Shown piece by piece: positions 7,425-16,162 of a stretch of 26,983 nt of DNA. The position numbers were made by a program, and so were the translations under genes. A model generated the notes under the pieces. The model was not told the DNA's origin and ran no database searches. It worked only from the letters and a program-made list of their open reading frames with translations. Source of the stretch: an uncultured Hyphomicrobiales bacterium (GTDB taxonomy: Bacteria > Bacteroidota > Ignavibacteria > Kapaibacteriales > UBA2268); contig CAZIXJ010000002.1 of the NCBI GenBank assembly GCA_964542835.1, positions 1 to 26,983 of the forward strand. The letters run 5' to 3'. Within the stretch, counting starts at the first letter, position 1. Every line of letters starts with the position of its first letter.

Positions 7425-10400
7425 CTAATTTAGCTGCTTTTCTTCTTTGCCGTCGAATTTTACGGATACTACTTTGGATATGCCGTTTTCCTGCATTGTG
7501 ATGCCATAAAGTGTATCGGCGGCTTCCATTGTCTTCTTGTTGTGCGTAACGATAAGAAACTGAGTGTTTTCGCTGAAATCCTGAATCAGATTTACGTATT
7601 TGCCGATATTTGCATCATCCAGCGGGGCATCCACTTCATCCAGAATACAGAACGGGCTTGGCTTTACGAGATAAATTGCGAAAAGCAGAGAAATTGCAGT
7701 AAGAGTTTTTTCGCCGCCTGAGAGCATTTCTATTGAATGTGGTTTTTTAAAAGGTGGCTTGGCGATTATTTCAATATCAGCTTCCAGAGGATTACCCTCG
7801 CCGAGCTTCAAATCAGCATAAGCATTTTCGCCGAATAATTTTTTGAAAAGATTTACGAAATTAGTGCTTATCTCTGAAAAGGTAGCTGCAAATCGTTTTT
7901 CTGCTTCATTGTTTATTTCTTCGATAGTTTCTTTCAGAGTAGTTTCTGATTCCTCGAGGTCATTAAGCTGCTTTTCGTAAAACTCAAGTCTGGAATTTTG
8001 CTCTTCGTATTCTTCCAGAGCCATAAAGTTAATATTACCGATGGATGAAAGTTTCTCTTTTATTTCGGATACATCGGTTGCAGCCTGCTTTATGTCAAAT
8101 TCCTCATCCAATACTATGTCTTTTTCCGCGGGATTAATTCCGTAATTTTCTGTAAGCCTGCCGGAAATGTTATTAAGTTTGAGTCTCTTTTCATTGAGCA
8201 GAAGGTCCTGAGTATGATAATAATTATTCAGATTATCATATTCTTTTCGAATGTTATTTATGTCGCTGTTGGCTTCTTCATATTCATAACTGAACTTATC
8301 TTTTGTTTCTGCAAGAATATCAAGTTCATTCTTTGCTTCATTCACTTTAATATTCAGTTCTTCAAGCTCTTCGGTTAGATTTTCAATTTTTTCTGTAAGA
8401 ATATGCTTTTCTTCTTTGATTCTTTCAGTCTCACTATGCTTTTGATTTATACGGTTTTCGGCTCCCGTAATACTGTTTTCAGTGCTTTTTAAAGTATTTT
8501 TGAGATTATTTATTTCAGATTTTAATCTTACGGAGTTCAGTTCGGCTTCTCTTGTTTTCTCTTCTTCATTTTTTAAATTATTTTCAGAATCGGCAAGTTC
8601 ATTTTTTGCAATATTTAATTCTTCTTTTACTGATTTGAGAGAATTTTCCAGTTCCTCGGTTTTTGAAATGTTTATGCTGTCGTCAGTCTGAAGTTCATCA
8701 AGTTCATCGGAATAGCGTAAAGTATTTTCTTCGATTAATGAAAGTTTATTTTCGAGAGATTCTATCTTCAGCTTTATTCTGTTGATATTTTGTTCTGTAT
8801 TGCTTTTTTCCTGCTCTTTTTGTTTCAGTGTTTTTTGGATTTCATTTATGTCAATAAAGGAAATCTCTTCAGATAAATCTTCTATTTCAGAGGATACTTC
8901 TTTTATCTGATTGTTCAGTTCGCTTATTTCCGACTCAATTTTTTCGGTCCTTTCTTTTTTTCCTACCCAGACTGCTTCATTTTCAGATTTTGAGCCTCCC
9001 TTAAGAGTGCCGTAATTTGTAATTACTTCGCCGTTGAGTGTAACTACTCTTTCTACATTATCATTTTTTATTACATCTTCGGCATCTTCGAGTGTTTCTG
9101 TAACGTAAGTATTACCGAGTACAGCATAGCAGACCGAGAGCAATTTATCATCTGTCCTGATAAATTCATAAATACTTCCTATTACTTTATCACTGTTGAT
9201 TTTTGGAATTTCAGGCATCTGCAAATCAGCAGAAGATAAATCTATAATGGTTGCTTTACCTTTTTTGTATTTATTCAGAAGCTGCAGAGCCTCTTTTGCT
9301 TCATCACCATTATCAGCAATAATAAAATTGGCAGCCTCTCCGAGAGCGGAAACAAGAGCGATACGGTATTTATCATCAGTTCCGATTTTTTCACCGAGCA
9401 GCAGAGTTTCTTTATCATTTCGCCATTCTTTGCTGTTGAGGAGAAATTTTGAAGTTTCATCGGAATGAACTATGCTGTTTAAAAAATCGAGAGATGCTTT
9501 CTTGCCGCCGAGAATATTTTTCAGCTCATTTAATTTATTCTTTTTATTTTCAAGTTCATTTTGTATTGATGTTTTCTTCTCCAGAGCTTCATTGAGCTCT
9601 TTACTGCTGTTTTCAATTTCTTCATCAATATCAGGGAGCTTTTCTTCATATTGCTCCAGATTGTAATTCTCCTCATCTATGTTGATGCTTACTTTTATCT
9701 TCTCTTCTTCAGTCTGCTGAAGTTTTCGTTCAATATTTTTCTTCTTCTCTTCACTCCTTTTCTTAAGGGCGAGTATTGAGTTAAGCTCAGACTGAAGATT
9801 AATTGCTTTTTCATTCTTTTTATTTACTTCTTCTCTTTTGGCTTTCACGAGCCTTAATATTTCATCTTTGCCGGCAGCTTTTTCAGTGTAATCATTCAGA
9901 ACCTTTTCGAGTGTATCATTTAATTCCTGCAATCTTTTTTCTGAATCTGCTTTTTTCTCCTTCAGATTTTCAATATTTTCAGCATCATTTTTTATTTCAG
10001 TCTGTATTCTTTCTATGTTTTTATCAGAAGAAACCAGCTTTTCATTTGAAACTGCAAGCGTTTGATTGTTCGCTGCTATTGTACCTCTGTATTGTTTTTC
10101 TTTTTCCTGAGCGTTATTATACTGATATTCCGCTTCTTTCAGCTTCATTTTCAGCTTCTCAGAGGCTTCAGATTTTCTGCTTATTTCTATTTCAGCTTTG
10201 TTTTTTTTCTTTTCTGTTTCAGTAAGAACTTCTTTTATTTTTTGATATTCTTCATTTATCAGCAGATATTCCTGAAGCAGTAATTTGGTTTCGAGGGATT
10301 TCAGTTCATCCATCAGCTTGTTGTATCTGCGGGTTTTTGCAGCCTGCCGAGAGAGAGAATTAACGTTTTTTCGTACTTCATCAAGTATATCTCTTACTCT

Positions 10401-10967
10401 CTCAAGGTCCTGCTGTATCTGGTCGAGCCTTCTCAGAGATTCCTTTCTGCGAATTTTATATTTTTTGATGCCGGCAGCTTCTTCGAACATAGCACGACGT
10501 TCGTCAAGCCTTCCGCTCAAAATAGCTTCTACCATTTTAAGCTCTATCACTGAATATGAATCCGAGCCTAAGCCCGTATCCATAAAAAGATTGAGAATAT
10601 CTTTAAGCCTGCACTGAGTTTTATTTAAAAAATACTGGCTTTCGCCGCTACGATATAATCTTCGGGTAACGCTGATTTCATTATATTCGGATGGGAGTAT
10701 TTCCCTGTTATTTTGAATTATAAGAGTTACTTCTGCCATACCCATTGGTTTTCGGTCTGCTGTGCCGTTGAATATTACGTTTTCCATTACATCTGAGCGC
10801 AGCACCGAGGCTTTCTTCTCACCCAGAACCCATCTTACGGCATCCACGATATTCGTTTTACCGCAACCGTTCGGACCGACAAATGCAGAAAGCCCCGTAG
10901 AAAACTTAAAATGAGTCTTTTGTGCAAAAGATTTAAAACCTACAATTTCAATATCTGATAAATACAT
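7425..10967 (-). CDS. smc: Chromosome segregation protein SMC
   Basis: Walker A GPNGCGKTN, long coiled coils, hinge (ALGEAANFII, GKATII, G.LKGG), signature LSGGEKT, Walker B/D-loop ILDEVDAPLD; 1180 aa. Confidence 0.98.
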   Translation of the reverse strand: MYLSDIEIVGFKSFAQKTHFKFSTGLSAFVGPNGCGKTNIVDAVRWVLGEKKASVLRSDVMENVIFNGTADRKPMGMAEVTLIIQNNREILPSEYNEISVTRRLYRSGESQYFLNKTQCRLKDILNLFMDTGLGSDSYSVIELKMVEAILSGRLDERRAMFEEAAGIKKYKIRRKESLRRLDQIQQDLERVRDILDEVRKNVNSLSRQAAKTRRYNKLMDELKSLETKLLLQEYLLINEEYQKIKEVLTETEKKKNKAEIEISRKSEASEKLKMKLKEAEYQYNNAQEKEKQYRGTIAANNQTLAVSNEKLVSSDKNIERIQTEIKNDAENIENLKEKKADSEKRLQELNDTLEKVLNDYTEKAAGKDEILRLVKAKREEVNKKNEKAINLQSELNSILALKKRSEEKKKNIERKLQQTEEEKIKVSINIDEENYNLEQYEEKLPDIDEEIENSSKELNEALEKKTSIQNELENKKNKLNELKNILGGKKASLDFLNSIVHSDETSKFLLNSKEWRNDKETLLLGEKIGTDDKYRIALVSALGEAANFIIADNGDEAKEALQLLNKYKKGKATIIDLSSADLQMPEIPKINSDKVIGSIYEFIRTDDKLLSVCYAVLGNTYVTETLEDAEDVIKNDNVERVVTLNGEVITNYGTLKGGSKSENEAVWVGKKERTEKIESEISELNNQIKEVSSEIEDLSEEISFIDINEIQKTLKQKEQEKSNTEQNINRIKLKIESLENKLSLIEENTLRYSDELDELQTDDSINISKTEELENSLKSVKEELNIAKNELADSENNLKNEEEKTREAELNSVRLKSEINNLKNTLKSTENSITGAENRINQKHSETERIKEEKHILTEKIENLTEELEELNIKVNEAKNELDILAETKDKFSYEYEEANSDINNIRKEYDNLNNYYHTQDLLLNEKRLKLNNISGRLTENYGINPAEKDIVLDEEFDIKQAATDVSEIKEKLSSIGNINFMALEEYEEQNSRLEFYEKQLNDLEESETTLKETIEEINNEAEKRFAATFSEISTNFVNLFKKLFGENAYADLKLGEGNPLEADIEIIAKPPFKKPHSIEMLSGGEKTLTAISLLFAIYLVKPSPFCILDEVDAPLDDANIGKYVNLIQDFSENTQFLIVTHNKKTMEAADTLYGITMQENGISKVVSVKFDGKEEKQLN

Positions 10968-10981
10968 TTATTTTATTTAAT

Positions 10982-13813
10982 TTATTTCACAACTGTCAGT
11001 GGAATGACTTTGATTTCAGTTCCGTCAGAGACCGAAAGAAAATATCTGCCTGAAGGGATTTCGGAAATATCCAGATTGATATTCAATTTTCCGCTTTCAG
11101 GATAAAAATTATTTGTACTGAAAATGTCATTTCCAAAAACGTCAAAAATACGAATTTTTGACCAACTATCATTTAATAATTTTGATTGTACAGTTATGAA
11201 ATCAGCAGCAGGCTGTGGATAAACAGAAAGCTCATTTTCAGGCTCATTTCTTACACTTACTTCACCTCCGAGACATTCTTTTAAGTAATTTATCATTTCC
11301 TCTTTAGTTTCTCCGGCAGCAAAGCATACTTTACATTCCTTTATCTGGCTCGGAATCATAGTGCCGTTAAATTTCATTCCGGTTACTATTCCTATATCAT
11401 CAGGCTCGGAATTCTGAATTGAAGTACCGCTGTTTAGCATATTTATTGAAAAATCATCATCCAGATTTTTGAATTGATTATATGCAAGTCCGGCAGACTG
11501 AGCAAAGCCGTTAGGCTCTTCAGATGTAACCGCCATTCCGAATACAGGGAAGTCTCCTCCTGCGAATCCTGCAAGCTGAGCAGCAGAGTGCGAGCCTTTG
11601 AGCTTATCGGGAATTGCTTCAGGGATTAATTCAGTATAATTATTGTTTACGTCAAGATTAATATCCCAGTCAATAAAATATCCGATTCCAACATCATCAA
11701 TATTTTTTGTTGATGAATTTTTGACTTTCAGCAATACTGAAAAATAATTAGGGTTATCGTTATTTATCTCTACTTCCTGTGTAATATCAAGTCCAATTCT
11801 TCTCTGCGAAGGAGCGTATCCGTCATTTACTATTCCTGTATTAGGATTTTCACCTGCAAAAGGTTTTACAGGCATAAAATCATTCAGCAGAAAATTTATG
11901 CCTTTGTCAAATCCTGATGAAGCAATTAAACCGCTGTTTCGGTAAATCTGATTGCCGTATCCGGCATATTCGAAACCTGTGCCGTAACTTTCATCCGAGT
12001 TTACAATATAATAACCGAAATTTCCAAAATCAGAGAGTGTAAATGCAAAATTGTCATTTTTAAAAGTTGTATATGATTTTGTAGGTTCGAAACCGAATTT
12101 ACGAAAATCAGAATAACCATTTTCATCTGTAATATCGAGCCTGAAAATCATTTCTTCATTATTCTCTTTTGTAATTACAAATTCAAATTCTTCAATTGTT
12201 TTCGTTTCTCCGCTGTCGATTGCTTCGATAAAAACTTCATCTTGAATTATGTTTATTGAACTTCTCGCATCATAGCCTACGGATAATTTAAAAGTAAGAT
12301 TTTCTGTACTCTTCAGATGATTAACAGCTTCAATCCTTAATTTTACGGTATCATTCGGAAGAAATCTGTTTAATTCAACGTCATCATTATTTAAGAACAT
12401 ATACTTTTCCGGAACAATAGCAGGAATATCAAAAGGGTTATTCTGCACTGCATTCAGCATATTCACTCTTTTTGGGAGAAGTTGAGTTTCAAAAAAGTTT
12501 TTATCAGCAACTTCATCTCCTGATTGTCTTACAAACTCTATTGCCTGCATTGCAGAAAGCTCGGGGTGCATACCCCTTGCAACAGCCAGCACTCCGGCTA
12601 CTACAGGAGAAGAAAAGGAAGTGCCTCCGCTTACGGTTTTATAGCCGTTGTTTGATTTTGTAGTATGATTACCTTCGGACATTGCAAGAATATCGCAGGA
12701 AGCGCCCACCATAGAATTTTCCTGTGCAAACACATCCATATAGTCTGACTCACCAGCACCTAGCACTCCGGTATATCCTGCAGGATAGAACGTAAGATAA
12801 TTGCTCATACCAAACTCTTTATTTCCTGCTCCTGCTACCATTGCAACGTCTCTGGCAAGTGCATAATCTATTATGCTCTGCTCGAATTCAGAAGGTGAAC
12901 CCGGCGAACCCCAACTGAGGTTTAATACTTCAAAACCGTTATCTGCAGCATAAATTATTGATTGATAGCCGTAAAGTATATTGTCACCTTTGTCTGATAT
13001 TTTCAGCGGGAAGAATTTGCTTTTAAAGCCTGCCCCTGCAATTCCTTTGTTGTTGTCGGTTACGGCAGCGGCTATTCCCGTAACGTTTGTGCCATGGTCA
13101 TAGGTTGGAAATGTATTGTTTGGCTCGGTAGAATCGGCTAACCACGAAAAATTATATCCGTTATAATCGTCAATATATCCGTTTCCGTCATTATCAATTC
13201 CATCTCCGGGAATTTCCTCATTATTTACGGCAATATTATCCTTCAAATCTTCATGCTCCTGGTCGCATCCCGAATCTGAAATACCAATAATAATATCTTC
13301 GCTACCTTTATAAATTTCCCATGATTCGAAAGCCTGAATTATATCCAGCACTACCTGATTGAAAACTTTAGTATCATTCGGAACATATTCAAGAAATTTA
13401 TGCACTCTGTATGGTTCGGCAAGTTCTATTGCGGGATTACTTTTCAGTAATTTTTTGCAATATGCTTCAGGAGGCAAATCTTCATCATATTTTATCACGT
13501 AGGTTCTGCCCAGAACTTTTGCACTCTCTATTATTTCATCATAATTTTGAAAAGTACGAATATCCTTCGTATCTGGTTCTTTTTTCAGCATTCTTTCTAC
13601 TATCCGAAAATCATTGCCTTTTGCAACTGAACTTATACTTCCTGCCTGAGTAAACTCTTCGGAAAATCTGATAACGGCGGTTTTTTCCAAAACATTTACT
13701 TCTCTGCTATTATCGGCTTCCAGAATTTTTACATTATTATAATATTCAGCATTGGATGAGCTGAATAATGCAAAAAATAAAAATAATGGAAATACTTTCA
13801 TAATATTTTTCAT
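10982..13813 (-). CDS. S8 (subtilisin-like) serine peptidase with T9SS type-A C-terminal sorting domain
   Basis: Signal peptide; catalytic triad motifs ISDSG, DHGTNVTG, GGTSFSSP; oxyanion AGAGN; C-terminal VYPQPA...IFDVFG...PSGRYFLSV CTD. Confidence 0.92.
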   Translation of the reverse strand: MKNIMKVFPLFLFFALFSSSNAEYYNNVKILEADNSREVNVLEKTAVIRFSEEFTQAGSISSVAKGNDFRIVERMLKKEPDTKDIRTFQNYDEIIESAKVLGRTYVIKYDEDLPPEAYCKKLLKSNPAIELAEPYRVHKFLEYVPNDTKVFNQVVLDIIQAFESWEIYKGSEDIIIGISDSGCDQEHEDLKDNIAVNNEEIPGDGIDNDGNGYIDDYNGYNFSWLADSTEPNNTFPTYDHGTNVTGIAAAVTDNNKGIAGAGFKSKFFPLKISDKGDNILYGYQSIIYAADNGFEVLNLSWGSPGSPSEFEQSIIDYALARDVAMVAGAGNKEFGMSNYLTFYPAGYTGVLGAGESDYMDVFAQENSMVGASCDILAMSEGNHTTKSNNGYKTVSGGTSFSSPVVAGVLAVARGMHPELSAMQAIEFVRQSGDEVADKNFFETQLLPKRVNMLNAVQNNPFDIPAIVPEKYMFLNNDDVELNRFLPNDTVKLRIEAVNHLKSTENLTFKLSVGYDARSSINIIQDEVFIEAIDSGETKTIEEFEFVITKENNEEMIFRLDITDENGYSDFRKFGFEPTKSYTTFKNDNFAFTLSDFGNFGYYIVNSDESYGTGFEYAGYGNQIYRNSGLIASSGFDKGINFLLNDFMPVKPFAGENPNTGIVNDGYAPSQRRIGLDITQEVEINNDNPNYFSVLLKVKNSSTKNIDDVGIGYFIDWDINLDVNNNYTELIPEAIPDKLKGSHSAAQLAGFAGGDFPVFGMAVTSEEPNGFAQSAGLAYNQFKNLDDDFSINMLNSGTSIQNSEPDDIGIVTGMKFNGTMIPSQIKECKVCFAAGETKEEMINYLKECLGGEVSVRNEPENELSVYPQPAADFITVQSKLLNDSWSKIRIFDVFGNDIFSTNNFYPESGKLNINLDISEIPSGRYFLSVSDGTEIKVIPLTVVK

Positions 13814-13931
13814 TTTAAATCCTTTTATTTATAAAATAATTTGTTATTTTTATGTAAGACACATTAAATTGATTTTTATATCAATATTTTTTTAAAAATA
13901 CAAAATTTTTTCTCTGAAAAAAATTAATACT

Positions 13932-15626
13932 ATGAAAAAAAACGATAATAATGCAAATTTTGTTGTAACGGCACGAAAATGGCGACCACAAAAATTCAGT
14001 GAAGTGGTCGGGCAAGACCATATTACGAAGACTCTTCAAAATGCAATACTCTCGAACAGAGTTCACCACGCTTATCTTTTCAGCGGACCGAGAGGAGTAG
14101 GCAAGACTACGACCGCCCGCATATATGCACGTGCTGTTAATTTCCCCGAGTCAATAGATATGAGTCCCGACGAAATGCCTCAGGGCTGCCGTGATATTTA
14201 TGACGGCAGGTCTATGGATGTAATCGAGATAGACGGTGCTTCCAATACAAGTGTGGAAGATATCAGAGGGCTGCGTGAGAATGCAAAATATCCGCCGTCT
14301 TCCCTCAAATACAAGATTTACATCATTGATGAGGTGCATATGCTTTCCAAATCTGCATTCAATGCACTTCTGAAAACTCTCGAGGAGCCGCCGCCACATT
14401 TGCTTTTTGTATTTGCAACTACTGAAATCCACAAAGTACCGGCTACAATTCTGAGCCGCTGCCAGAGGTTTGATTTCAAAAGGATGAACTCAGCAAGCAT
14501 TATCAAGCAGCTTACTCTTATCGCCGAAAGTGATGATATCAAACTTGATGAACAGGCTTTGATTGCAATAGCCAAAAAAGCCGACGGTTCTATGAGAGAT
14601 GCTCAGAGTATTTTCGACCAGGTAATTGCATTTTGCGGGAAAGATGTAAAATATTCCGATATGGCAGATGCCCTGCATCTTGTGGATGAAGATTTCTTCT
14701 TTAAAATAACTGATGCAATTATTGAAAAAAATAATTCTGTTATGTTCGACCTCACATCAAAACTCGTTTCAAAAGGTTATGATTTGAAAGAAGCACTCGA
14801 AGGACTGCTGGAGCATATCAGAGATTTGCTTGCAGTAAAAGTAACAGGCAACATCAATATTATAGAAGCTGCCTCTTCGCACATCAGAAAATTTGAAGAG
14901 ACTACGGAAAAATTCACAAAATACGATTTTATCAGAATGATGACTATAATAAATGATGCAATAAAAGATATGAGGTTTTCTTCGCAACCGAGAATAAGGT
15001 TCGAGCTGGCACTTTCTCAGCTTGCCTCGATTGATTCATCTTCTGATATTACCGAACTTTTAAACGAATTAAAAGAACTAAAAAAAAAACCTGAATTAAT
15101 CGGAGCATTGAAGGAGCCACAGACTGAGTACAAAACAGAAAAAAAGATTAAAAATGAAAGTGCCCCTGTTCATCAGACTAAGGAACCAAAAACACATAAA
15201 AGAGAAGAAACTCGGGAAAGTACTGATTATAATATAAAATCAGACCCGAACCTTGATAATTGGAAAAAAATGCTGAAAAGCAAAAACGCAAGAGATATAT
15301 CTGCTTTTCTTGAGAAGTCTTTCCCTGAATTTTCCGATGATAAAATCATTGTATCGGTAGATTCTACTTTTATATTTGATTCGCTCGAACAGGCTGATGC
15401 AAGGATGAAAGCGGTAATTAATGAGTTTTTTAACGGTATGGAAATAGAGCTGAAACTGGATGAGAATATTAATGCAAATAAATATAATTTTAATGAAATC
15501 CAAAGTATTAACAAGTATGATGAAGAAGATTCGTCTAAACAAAAATTAAAAAAGCAGGATATGAAAAATCTTCATCCTCTCGAACTTGTACTGGTAAATG
15601 AATTGAATGCAAGGTATGTAGGATAG
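13932..15626 (+). CDS. dnaX: DNA polymerase III subunit gamma/tau
   Basis: ARKWRPQKF, Walker A GPRGVGKTT, DVIEIDGASN, IIDEVHML, AFNALLKTLEEPP, SRC motif, GSMRDA. Confidence 0.98.
   Translation: MKKNDNNANFVVTARKWRPQKFSEVVGQDHITKTLQNAILSNRVHHAYLFSGPRGVGKTTTARIYARAVNFPESIDMSPDEMPQGCRDIYDGRSMDVIEIDGASNTSVEDIRGLRENAKYPPSSLKYKIYIIDEVHMLSKSAFNALLKTLEEPPPHLLFVFATTEIHKVPATILSRCQRFDFKRMNSASIIKQLTLIAESDDIKLDEQALIAIAKKADGSMRDAQSIFDQVIAFCGKDVKYSDMADALHLVDEDFFFKITDAIIEKNNSVMFDLTSKLVSKGYDLKEALEGLLEHIRDLLAVKVTGNINIIEAASSHIRKFEETTEKFTKYDFIRMMTIINDAIKDMRFSSQPRIRFELALSQLASIDSSSDITELLNELKELKKKPELIGALKEPQTEYKTEKKIKNESAPVHQTKEPKTHKREETRESTDYNIKSDPNLDNWKKMLKSKNARDISAFLEKSFPEFSDDKIIVSVDSTFIFDSLEQADARMKAVINEFFNGMEIELKLDENINANKYNFNEIQSINKYDEEDSSKQKLKKQDMKNLHPLELVLVNELNARYVG
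15078..15099 (+). other. Candidate dnaX recoding site (A10 slippage run) yielding a short gamma subunit
   Basis: CTA AAA AAA AAA CCT GAA TTA A with A10 at 15080-15089. The -1 frame reads ACC TGA (stop 15092-15094); the +1 frame reads AAC CTG AAT TAA (stop 15097-15099). Confidence 0.6.
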
Positions 15627-15688
15627 TTTACATTTTTTATATCTGTTGTGATTTTGATATTTAAGAAATAATATAAAGGAATTATAAT

Positions 15689-16159
15689 ATGGCTTTAGAA
15701 GCAGGAATAAAAGCACCCGACTTTACTGCACCGATTAACGGCGGTAAAGAAATATCCCTGAGCGATTACAAAGGAAAATGGGTTGTGCTTTACTTCTACC
15801 CGAAAGACAATACATCGGGCTGCACAAAAGAGGCTTGCTCTTTTAAAGATAATATGGATGAAATCACAAAATATGATGCAGTAGTGCTTGGAGTAAGCAA
15901 AGACAGCGTAAAAAGTCATGAGAATTTCATTGCAAAGCATAATTTGAATTTCGATTTGATTTCCGATAAAGAGCAGGAAATTCTTAAGCTGTATGATGTA
16001 CTCGGCGAAAAGAAAATGTACGGAAAAACTTATATGGGAACTATCAGAACAACTTATTTGATAGACCCTGAAGGCACAATAAGAGAAGTCTGGAGCAAAG
16101 TAAAAGTAGCAGGTCATACTGAAGATGTAATTAAGAAACTGGAAGAATTAAAAGGTTAA
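15689..16159 (+). CDS. bcp: Thioredoxin-dependent thiol peroxidase (BCP/PrxQ)
   Basis: YFYPKDNTSGCTKEAC motif (peroxidatic and resolving Cys), RTTYLID; AAGGA SD upstream. Confidence 0.95.
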   Translation: MALEAGIKAPDFTAPINGGKEISLSDYKGKWVVLYFYPKDNTSGCTKEACSFKDNMDEITKYDAVVLGVSKDSVKSHENFIAKHNLNFDLISDKEQEILKLYDVLGEKKMYGKTYMGTIRTTYLIDPEGTIREVWSKVKVAGHTEDVIKKLEELKG

Positions 16160-16162
16160 TTA

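Noticed and set aside
8482-10617. Several 60-140 aa plus-strand ORFs antisense to smc
   Set aside because: Phe/Ser/Leu-rich shadows of the Glu/Lys-rich coiled coil; no recognisable motifs.
11214-11222. Perfect DnaA box (TGTGGATAA = TTATCCACA reverse complement) near smc
   Set aside because: Single copy inside the S8 coding sequence, explained by the codons of the conserved T9SS motif V-Y-P-Q; no box cluster or AT-rich unwinding element.
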